Source of the DNA: Candidatus Iainarchaeum sp.
GTDB taxonomy: Archaea; Iainarchaeota; Iainarchaeia; Iainarchaeales; JAZDEL01
Reading direction: 5' to 3'
DNA length: 32,000 nt
Assembly: GCA_043808785.1 (NCBI GenBank)
Contig: JAZDEL010000002.1
Coordinates: 180,001-212,000 of the forward strand
Program-made: the position numbers and the translations under genes
The notes under the pieces: model-generated
Databases searched by the model: none
What the model saw: only the letters and a program-made list of their open reading frames with translations
Told to the model about the DNA's origin: nothing
Part shown: in pieces, positions 24,889 through 31,627 of the stretch
How the letters are laid out: each line of letters opens with the position of its first letter
Numbering within the stretch: the first letter of the stretch is position 1

Positions 24889-25004
24889 CCGTCAATGTAT
24901 TTTCCCCAGATGCCGTCCTCTTTATTGCCCCAAACCTGCATCAGCGCCTTCTGGGAAAGCGCGGCCAGCGGGTAATCTTTCTCCGTGTTCTTTCTTTTGT
25001 TCAT
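24885..25004 (-). CDS. 39-aa ORF not in the supplied track: MNKRKNTEKDYPLAALSQKALMQVWGNKEDGIWGKYIDG (antitoxin-like tail motif)
   Basis: Translated by hand from the reverse complement. It starts 15 nt after the stop of the 173-aa gene, with GAGTGAG upstream. The L..W.N.EDG.W tail resembles the C-termini of small antitoxin-type proteins. That resemblance is from memory and untested. Confidence 0.4.
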   Translation of the reverse strand: MNKRKNTEKDYPLAALSQKALMQVWGNKEDGIWGKYIDG

Positions 25005-25019
25005 AATTCTCACTCTGAA

Positions 25020-25541
25020 TCAGCCGTTTTTTTCCGCGAGGGTTTTGTTCAGGCCCTTAATCGCCATTGAAAGTTCCTGGGAAACGCCTACTGCCTCTCT
25101 GGAAGCGCCCGTTGCTTCCCTGGAAATTCCCGCCAGTTCACGGCATGCGTTAACCAGTTCCTTGTAAACATCCACTCCCTTGTATATCTGGTCGAATGTG
25201 AGCGAGTGGCTGAAAAGGCCGATGTCAAGGACAAGAAGGCTGCCGTTAAACTCCAGTTTGCTTACCTTAACGCCGGGGTTCCCAAGTTTCTTTTTCAGTC
25301 CTTCCTTGTTTTCTGAAGCATTAATCAGCCAGCTGTATAAATTCTCCTTTATCGCCTTGTGCGTTTCTATAAGCCGTTCCCTGTCCCCTTCCAGCACAAC
25401 CTCGACCCTCCCGTCCGGCAGGTTGAATGCCCCTCCTTTCGTGAACCCCATGTGGATGAGTTCCTTTGTGATAATAATCCTGCAGCCCGTGTGCTGCACA
25501 GGCACGTTTTTCCCTTCTATGTAAAAGAGCGCTTTAGCCAT
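25020..25541 (-). CDS. Hypothetical protein with N-terminal acylphosphatase-like fold pattern
   Basis: FYIEGKNVPVQHTGCRIIITKELIHMGFTKGGAFNLPDGRVEVVLEGDRERL resembles the acylphosphatase pattern v.G.VQGVGFR....A..lgl.G.v.N..dG.Vei..eG. A GGTGA RBS lies 7 nt before ATG 25541, and TTTATAAA lies at 25588-25595. Confidence 0.6.
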   Translation of the reverse strand: MAKALFYIEGKNVPVQHTGCRIIITKELIHMGFTKGGAFNLPDGRVEVVLEGDRERLIETHKAIKENLYSWLINASENKEGLKKKLGNPGVKVSKLEFNGSLLVLDIGLFSHSLTFDQIYKGVDVYKELVNACRELAGISREATGASREAVGVSQELSMAIKGLNKTLAEKNG

Positions 25542-25715
25542 GGTTTGTTCACCAGACTTCGGTTCATATCTATAACTGCGTTTTCCTTTATAAACCTGCG
25601 GAGGGTGCGTTTCCGCTGCAGCCTTTTCGGAGCGCGGGGTTGTGCGCAACCCCGCTTCCAAAAGCCTGGGGAAAACTGCAAGTGCCCGCCTTGAGGCGGG
25701 CGGTTCCGCTGCGGG

Positions 25716-26564
25716 CTAAGCCGTAACCATGTCGTAGAAATACGGCCTGCTTTTGCCCTTGTATTTCACATATCTTATCTCAGCGAACCAGCCGAGGGCG
25801 CCCGATATATTTTGGGGCGCCCTGCCGATGATGTGCTCGGCAAGGCGGCCGATGTTCTTGTCGCCTATTGCTGAATTGAGGGATTTGCTGTCTGCAGGGC
25901 TGAGCCTGCCGCCTTTGAACCTAAAGGATTTCTTTATGCTCAGCAGCCAAAAAACTCCGTCTTGTGCCTTGCTTGCATCATTGGAAAAGTCGTAGCCAGT
26001 CCATGCCTTGCCATCCCTGGATTTTGCCAGGGTGATGGTGCCGTATTGCGCTATATCTTCCCTGCGCCCGACCCTCTGAACAATATATGGGCGATTCCAA
26101 AAATCATGCCTGTGTTGAAAGTCTATGTCCTCCAGAACATCCCGTGGATGTTTGCAGGCATACTTCCCGCCATATTCTGCCCTGCTTTCCGCGGTCCTGA
26201 TTATTATGCGCTTGCAGTTTTCATATTCATTCAGGTTCGGCTTTTCGTTGTGTCCATATTCTCTCGCACGTTCAAAATTAACCCCGAGCGCATCGCATAT
26301 CCTTTGCAGTTCCATGGTTCCGCTGATTTTGTCTATTTTCAGCGGGAGCTTGGTTTTCGCCATTTTTGCCAGCAAATGCATTCGCCTTATGCCTGCAAGT
26401 TTTTCATTCCTGCGCGCCATTTCATTTAGAAGCCTAGTGTGCAGGGTTTGCCGTTGCCCGCGTGCCACTCCCGTGCGCAGGGTCTGCCCGCCGCGCCCTG
26501 CAGTGCGGCGTCTGTTTCCCCGCACAAATGCCCCTGAAACCGCGCTTCCGCCCCGCTTCCGCAT
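25716..26564 (-). CDS. Hypothetical protein with a 48-aa Arg/Gly-rich N-terminal arm (alternative start 26420)
   Basis: ATG 26564 sits about 25 nt downstream of TTTTTTATAT (plus-strand 26583-26592), the leaderless spacing seen elsewhere in the window. ATG 26420 (MARRNEK) has neither an RBS nor a correctly spaced TATA. The body has no recognisable motif. Confidence 0.55.
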   Translation of the reverse strand: MRKRGGSAVSGAFVRGNRRRTAGRGGQTLRTGVARGQRQTLHTRLLNEMARRNEKLAGIRRMHLLAKMAKTKLPLKIDKISGTMELQRICDALGVNFERAREYGHNEKPNLNEYENCKRIIIRTAESRAEYGGKYACKHPRDVLEDIDFQHRHDFWNRPYIVQRVGRREDIAQYGTITLAKSRDGKAWTGYDFSNDASKAQDGVFWLLSIKKSFRFKGGRLSPADSKSLNSAIGDKNIGRLAEHIIGRAPQNISGALGWFAEIRYVKYKGKSRPYFYDMVTA

Positions 26565-26784
26565 AACCGATAAACGCCTGCGGAATATAAAAAATTAGCG
26601 GGGCGGTTCTGCACCCCGCCCGCCAAACCAATAACCCGCAAAAACCCGAAAAACCCGCACGGGGTTTGTGTTTTTGCGTTTTAGGCAAAGCCCCGAAAAC
26701 CAAAACCCGCCCCCAGCATCCCTTTATATAATTTACTATGATTAAAACATATTGAAAAAGAGGCAAAAAAGGGAGTGAAGGGTC

Positions 26785-27510
26785 ATGTACCCTGTTTCTT
26801 CGCAGAGTGCGGCATATGACCGCGTGGCAACAATGTTCAGCCCCGACGGCAGGCTGTACCAGGTCGAATATGCGAGCAAAATAGTAAGCCAGGGCACGAT
26901 AGGCGCCGCCTTGAAATACGCGGACGGCGTGCTTTTAGGCGCGGACAAGAAAGTCGGGTCAAGGCTGATGCTTCCCGATTCAATTGAAAAGATGTTCAAG
27001 ATCGACAACCATATTGCGGCGGTTTCCGCAGGCCTTGTGGGGGACGCAAGAAGGCTTGTGCAGATAGCGAGGCAGAAAGCGCAGGAAAACATAATGTACT
27101 ACGAGGAGCCCATACAGGTTGAAACTTTGGTGAAAGAGATAAGCAATGTGAAGCAGATTTTCACCCAGTACGGCGGAATGCGCCCGTTCGGGATTTCGTT
27201 CATAATTGGCGGCGTGGACCAGACAGGGAAAAGGCTTTTCGAGACAGAACCCTCCGGAGCGCTGGCGGAATACAACGCGATTGCGATAGGAAAGAACCGC
27301 AGCAAGGCGATGCAGGTTTTCGAGAAGGACTGGAAGGAGAACATGGACTACGATGCCGCGTTATTGCTGCTCCTAAAGGTGCTGACCAAGAGCCTTGACG
27401 AGAAGGAGAAGATGGATTACAAACGGATTGAGGTTGCGTTTATAGACGGCTCGCGGGAATTCAAAAAGGTTCCCAACGAGAAACTCAAGCCTTATTTAGG
27501 GAAAGTATAA
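26785..27510 (+). CDS. psmA: Proteasome alpha subunit
   Basis: YDRVATMFSPDGRLYQVEYA is the alpha-subunit N-terminal signature. A GGGAGTGA RBS is present, with the TATA CTTTATATAA at about 26724. Confidence 0.95.
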   Translation: MYPVSSQSAAYDRVATMFSPDGRLYQVEYASKIVSQGTIGAALKYADGVLLGADKKVGSRLMLPDSIEKMFKIDNHIAAVSAGLVGDARRLVQIARQKAQENIMYYEEPIQVETLVKEISNVKQIFTQYGGMRPFGISFIIGGVDQTGKRLFETEPSGALAEYNAIAIGKNRSKAMQVFEKDWKENMDYDAALLLLLKVLTKSLDEKEKMDYKRIEVAFIDGSREFKKVPNEKLKPYLGKV

Positions 27511-27555
27511 TTGCAAAATGGCACAAGGTGCCGTTTCCCATGGCGGGATGAAAAA

Positions 27556-28251
27556 ATGGTGAAGTTAGAGGATGCGGTTATCGCAAGGCTGGAGCGTTCG
27601 GGCGAAAAGTTCGAGGTTTTGGTAGACCCGAACCTTGCAACTGACGTTAAGGGCGGAAAGGACGTGAACATCGGCGACCTTCTTGCGATTGACACGGTTT
27701 TCAAGGACGCGCGAAAAGGAGAGGAAAAGGGCGAGGAAAGCATAAAGAAGGTTTTCGGGACAACGAACCTCAAGGAAGTGGTATGGAAGATAATTCTGGA
27801 AGGGGATGTGCAGTTAACGACGCAGCAAAGGCGCGACATGCACGAGAGGAAGCGCAAGGAAATAGTCGCCTTCATCGCGCGCAACGCAATAAACCCGCAG
27901 GCAAATGCCCCCCACCCGCCGCAGCGCATTGAGAACGCGATGGAGGAGGCAAAGATAAAGGTGGACATAAACAGGCCTGTTAGGGACCAGCTGCCGGACA
28001 TAATAAAGGAACTGAAAAAGCTTCTCCCCATTTCGATGGAAAAACTCGAGGTTGCAATTAAGATTCCCGCGGAATTCTCGGGAAAGGGTTCCGCAATGAT
28101 AAGGAAATACGAGATAAAAAAGGAGGGCTGGCAGAACGACGGTTCATTCATTGCCGTGCTTGAAATTCCCGCGGGCACGAAAAATGATTTGTTCAACGAA
28201 CTGAACCATCTCACGCACGGCTCCGTGGAAACCAAGATTATAGCGAAGTGA
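27556..28251 (+). CDS. sdo1: SBDS/Sdo1 ribosome maturation protein
   Basis: VIARLERSGEKFEVLVDPN is an FYSH-domain start. 231 aa from ATG 27556, in the canonical position between psmA and rrp4. Confidence 0.88.
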   Translation: MVKLEDAVIARLERSGEKFEVLVDPNLATDVKGGKDVNIGDLLAIDTVFKDARKGEEKGEESIKKVFGTTNLKEVVWKIILEGDVQLTTQQRRDMHERKRKEIVAFIARNAINPQANAPHPPQRIENAMEEAKIKVDINRPVRDQLPDIIKELKKLLPISMEKLEVAIKIPAEFSGKGSAMIRKYEIKKEGWQNDGSFIAVLEIPAGTKNDLFNELNHLTHGSVETKIIAK

Positions 28252-28281
28252 ATTTGGCAAAGTAATTTTATCCGAGGAGAG

Positions 28282-28399
28282 AGGAAGGTGATGTGAATGG
28301 GCAAGACAAATGTTGTGCCTTGTGTTTCTTTCGCCAGCCTTTCTTTCCCAAAGAAAGGCTGAAGGAAGGTGATGTGATGGGAAAGAGAATTGTTGTGCC
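28282..28399. repeat. Duplicated rrp4 RBS/start (38 nt, two copies) flanking an inverted copy of the tRNA-Val trailer element
   Basis: DR1 at 28282-28319 is AGGAAGGTGATGTGAATGGGCAAGACAAATGTTGTGCC. DR2 at 28363-28399 is AGGAAGGTGATGTG-ATGGGAAAGAGAATTGTTGTGCC. Between them lie GTGCCTTGTGTTTCTTTCGCC and the hairpin AGCCTTTCTTT-CCC-AAAGAAAGGCT (28336-28360). Confidence 0.8.
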
Positions 28400-29081
28400 C
28401 GGCGAGCTCATAACCGAGCAGAGGAAGCGCCTTGGGCAGCACGTGTACATTAGGGACGGGAAGATTTATTCCGACGTTCTGGGGATTGCGAGCGAGCAGG
28501 AGGACGTCGCTTCGGTCGTTCCCCTGAAAGGGAAGTACATTCCCGAGAACGACGACCTGATTGTCGGGGTCGTTTCCTCGGAGAAATTTTCCGGGTATGT
28601 TGTGGACATAAATTCGATTTATCCCTCCTTCGTGAAGAGGGACGAGTTCCGCGAGGAACTCAAGCGCGGCTCGATAATTTCGGCAAAGGTCGCGTTCGTC
28701 AACGAACTGAACGAGGCGGAACTTACCGGGGCGAGGGTTTTCTACAGCGGGGAAGTGGTGCAGGCAGCGCCGGTGAAAGTGCCGCGCATAATCGGGAGGA
28801 ACGGCTCGATGCTCGAAGTGCTGAAGAAAGGCACCGGATGTTCGCTGCTTGTGGGCAGGAACGGCTGGATATGGGTAAAGGGCGGAAACCAGGCGTTGCT
28901 TGCAAAGGCGCTGGATAAGATAGACAAGGAGGCGCACCTCGAGAACCTTACAAATAGCGTTGCGGAATTCCTCGGGGCAGGGGAAAAGGCGGCCGCGCAG
29001 AATAACGCTAACCAATCGAAAATGAACGAAGAACCGGGCTGGTCTGCGGGAATCGAAGAAAACGCAGGGCCCACGGAGTGA
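28377..29081 (+). CDS. rrp4: Exosome complex RNA-binding subunit Rrp4
   Basis: IVVPGELI at the N-terminus, with an S1 plus KH pattern (VKVPRIIGRNGSMLEVL). ATG 28377 follows GGAAGGTGAT. The track ORF start at 28293 lies in the duplicated copy. Confidence 0.88.
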   Translation: MGKRIVVPGELITEQRKRLGQHVYIRDGKIYSDVLGIASEQEDVASVVPLKGKYIPENDDLIVGVVSSEKFSGYVVDINSIYPSFVKRDEFREELKRGSIISAKVAFVNELNEAELTGARVFYSGEVVQAAPVKVPRIIGRNGSMLEVLKKGTGCSLLVGRNGWIWVKGGNQALLAKALDKIDKEAHLENLTNSVAEFLGAGEKAAAQNNANQSKMNEEPGWSAGIEENAGPTE

Positions 29082-29092
29082 AGGTGAGACTG

Positions 29093-29848
29093 ATGGCTAA
29101 AAAGGAAAAGGCAAAGGAAAAAATTTCATATTTCGACAAATCGGGAAAAAGGCTTGATGGGAGAAAGTTCGACGAGCTCAGGCCCGTGAAGATAGAGGCC
29201 GGCGTAATCCCGCGCGCGGACGGCTCGGCATACCTCGAGTGGGGGCAGAACAAGGTTTTGGTCGGGGTTTACGGGCCGAGGGAATGCGTGCCCAAGCACA
29301 AGGCAAACCCCTACAGGGCGGTTGTGCAGTTCACTTACCGCATGGCCAGTTTCTCGGTGCCGGACAGGAAGAACCCCAGGCCGGGAAGGCGCGAGATAGA
29401 GATAGGGAAGGTCTGCGGAGAGGCGCTTGAAAGGGCAATCTTCGTGGAGAGGTTTCCCAACACAAAAATCGACGTGAACGTTGAAATCCTCGACAGCAAT
29501 GCGGGAACGCGCGTTGCAGGGCTTGTTGCCGCTGCAGTCGCAGTTGCCGATGCAGGCATACCGATGCGCGATTTGGTTTCCTCATGCAGTGTCGGGAAAT
29601 TCGGCGGAAAGGTTGCGGTAGACCTCAACAAGGACGAGGAGGACGCGGATGACGCCGTCGACATACCTATGGCAATACTCCCTTCTTCAGGCGAGGTAGT
29701 GCTCCTGCAGCTGGACGGAATGGTTAAAAAGGAAGAATGGAACGAAGCTGTGAAGCTCGGCATGGAGGCATGCAATAAAATAAACGAGCTCCAGAAAGAG
29801 GCGCTCAGGCGCAGGTACGAGAAGGCTGAGAAGGAGGCATCTAAATGA
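29093..29848 (+). CDS. rrp41: Exosome RNase PH subunit Rrp41
   Basis: RLDGRKFDELRPVKIEAGVIPRADGSAYLEWGQNKV is an RNase PH domain start. ATG 29093 follows GGTGA; the alternative is GTG 29078. Confidence 0.92.
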   Translation: MAKKEKAKEKISYFDKSGKRLDGRKFDELRPVKIEAGVIPRADGSAYLEWGQNKVLVGVYGPRECVPKHKANPYRAVVQFTYRMASFSVPDRKNPRPGRREIEIGKVCGEALERAIFVERFPNTKIDVNVEILDSNAGTRVAGLVAAAVAVADAGIPMRDLVSSCSVGKFGGKVAVDLNKDEEDADDAVDIPMAILPSSGEVVLLQLDGMVKKEEWNEAVKLGMEACNKINELQKEALRRRYEKAEKEASK

Positions 29849-29891
29849 AGCGCGGATGCATGGGAGAGGCAAGCTTGACGGAGGAATCTAA

Positions 29892-30671
29892 ATGATGGAG
29901 GCTGTTTGGGATTTGCGTTCCGAAAAGGTCGCCGCCGAACTGAAAGAGGGCAGGCGCCTTGACGCAAGGAAGGTAGACGAATACAGGAAAATAGAGATAG
30001 TCAGGGAGATAAGCAAGAACGCCGAGGGCTCGGCAAGGGTAAGGCTTGGCAGCACCGAAGTTGTTGCCGGCGTGAAAATTTTCCCCGACAAGCCATATCC
30101 GGACGCTCCCGACAAGGGAACTATCTCGGTCGGGATGGAGCTTCTTGCCCTGGCTTCCCCGTCATTCGAATCGGGGCCCCCGCGCGATGATTCGATCGAA
30201 CTCGCAAGGGTTGTTGACCGCGGAATAAGGGAGAGCCAGGCAGTAGATTTCAAGAACCTCTGCATAAGGGAGGGGGAGCTTTGCTGGATAGTGTTCATAG
30301 ACATGTATGCGCTGAACGACGGCGGCAACCTCTTGGATACCTGTTCAATGGCGGCGCTCGCCGCACTGGTTGACGCAAAGATGCCGAAACTTGAGGATGA
30401 CAAGATCGTGAAGGGCGAACACTCTGGAAAATTAAAGATAGGATGCAAGCCTTTGCTAAACACCTTTGCGAAAATCGGCAGCACAGTTGTGCTCGACCCC
30501 GACACCGCGGAGGAAAACGCAATGAGCGCAAGGTTCAGCCTTGCAACTGTCGATGAGGAGTACATTTCCGCGTTCCAGAAGGGAAAGGGCGGCTCGTTCA
30601 CAGTTGCGGAACTCGATATGTGCATTGAAACCGCGTTCAAGAGGGGAAAGGAGCTGAGGAAACTCTTCTAG
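29892..30671 (+). CDS. rrp42: Exosome RNase PH-like subunit Rrp42
   Basis: GRRLDARKVDEYRKIEI...EGSARVRLGSTEVVAGVK. A GGAGGAAT RBS lies upstream. Confidence 0.92.
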   Translation: MMEAVWDLRSEKVAAELKEGRRLDARKVDEYRKIEIVREISKNAEGSARVRLGSTEVVAGVKIFPDKPYPDAPDKGTISVGMELLALASPSFESGPPRDDSIELARVVDRGIRESQAVDFKNLCIREGELCWIVFIDMYALNDGGNLLDTCSMAALAALVDAKMPKLEDDKIVKGEHSGKLKIGCKPLLNTFAKIGSTVVLDPDTAEENAMSARFSLATVDEEYISAFQKGKGGSFTVAELDMCIETAFKRGKELRKLF

Positions 30672-30699
30672 CCTTTTGCGGTTCGCAGGGTGATAACTC

Positions 30700-31113
30700 G
30701 TGGGAAAGACAAAAAAGGTTGGAAGGGCAGGCAGGTTCGGGGCGCGCTACGGGCGCAGCATAAAGAAGCGCGTGCTTGATGTCGAAATAAGGCAGAAGCG
30801 GAAGCACGCCTGCCCGAAGTGCGGCTTCATGCGCGTCAAAAGGATAAACCGCGGCATATTCACCTGCAAAAAGTGCGGCAACGAATTTGCCGGGGGAGCA
30901 TACCTGCCTAAAACAATGGCCGGGGGCATAATCGACAAGATGGTTTCCCAGAGGAAGTTCGTGCCAGCGGAACTCGAGGCCCTGAAGGAAGGTGCGGAGG
31001 AAACGGAGGCGCCCGCAGCCGAAGGCAAAAAGCCGAAAAAGAAGGGCAGGGCAAAAGAAGAGAAAGAGGCCGAGGAAGCTGCCCCGGAAGAAGAAACTGC
31101 GGAGGAAGATTAG
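30700..31113 (+). CDS. rpl37ae: Ribosomal protein L37Ae (L43e) with an unusually long K/E/A-rich C-terminal tail
   Basis: GRFGARYG plus Zn ribbon CPKCG...CKKCG. GTG start after GGGTGAT. About 50 extra residues at the C-terminus (AEETEAPAAEGKKPKKKGRAKEEKEAEEAAPEEETAEED). Confidence 0.9.
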   Translation: MGKTKKVGRAGRFGARYGRSIKKRVLDVEIRQKRKHACPKCGFMRVKRINRGIFTCKKCGNEFAGGAYLPKTMAGGIIDKMVSQRKFVPAELEALKEGAEETEAPAAEGKKPKKKGRAKEEKEAEEAAPEEETAEED

Positions 31114-31134
31114 CCTTAACCAAGGGGTGTTCAT

Positions 31135-31269
31135 ATGAGCTACAAATGCATAAAATGCGGGGATGTTTTCGACAGCCTCCCTAAGGGAGTAATACGCTGC
31201 CCGAAGTGCGCCTATAAGGTGCTGCTGAAGGCAAGGGAACCGGTAACGAAGATAGTGCAGGCGAGGTAG
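31135..31269 (+). CDS. rpoP: RNA polymerase subunit P (Rpo12/RpoP), 44 aa; not in the supplied track
   Basis: Hand translation gives MSYKCIKCGDVFDSLPKGVIRCPKCAYKVLLKAREPVTKIVQAR. This is a CxxC...CxxC Zn ribbon in the canonical position after rpl37ae, with an AGGGGTG RBS. Confidence 0.85.
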   Translation: MSYKCIKCGDVFDSLPKGVIRCPKCAYKVLLKAREPVTKIVQAR

Positions 31270-31343
31270 TTTTTCCCGGTGCATCGGTGCGGGGGAAGGC
31301 GGCGGGATAGTTGCGCAACGGGCGTATTCGTGCGGCAAAGGCG

Positions 31344-31613
31344 ATGAAGGTGGGCAGGTTGCAGAAGGGTGTTTATTCCCTCTCCCTGGCGCTTCATTTC
31401 CCCTCTTCGGGGCTTGCCCGAAGCGTGCGGGATGCGATCCTTCCCGAAATGGGGGGAAAGCACGAAAGGCGCTCGGAAGCGCGCATGAATATTAATAAAA
31501 ATGTTCTTTCATTAACAGTTAATGCGTATGACATCACGGCGCTTAAGGCTTCGGTAAATTCGCACATGAAACTCATAATCCTTGCTGAAGGGCTTGCAAA
31601 CCTTGATGCTTAA
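31344..31613 (+). CDS. pcc1: KEOPS complex subunit Pcc1
   Basis: LHFPSSGLARSVRDAILPE...RSEARMNINKNVLSLTVNAYDITALKASVNSHMKLI matches the archaeal Pcc1 pattern FPS...A..v..a..pE....RS....l.i.A.D..ALR..vNS. Confidence 0.8.
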   Translation: MKVGRLQKGVYSLSLALHFPSSGLARSVRDAILPEMGGKHERRSEARMNINKNVLSLTVNAYDITALKASVNSHMKLIILAEGLANLDA

Positions 31614-31627
31614 TGGAGGTAATCCGT

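Noticed and set aside
26565-26784. RNase P RNA or SRP RNA hidden in GC-rich intergenic DNA near the RNase P protein genes (23463-23746 was also checked)
   Set aside because: No CR-I-type GAGGAAAGUCC string or other universal RNase P/SRP signature is visible, and the regions are too short for a ~300-nt RNA.
27492-29015. 507-aa ORF on the minus strand spanning SBDS and rrp4
   Set aside because: It lies antisense to two genes with unmistakable family signatures (SBDS, Rrp4). It has no motifs, and its composition is an odd mix of Phe/Ser/Arg-rich and low-complexity sequence. It is a shadow ORF in GC-rich coding DNA.
29335-31338. Three overlapping minus-strand ORFs (210, 250 and 233 aa) across rrp41, rrp42 and rpl37ae
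   Set aside because: The plus-strand genes are confidently identified and tightly packed with RBSs. The antisense ORFs have low-complexity translations and are shadows.
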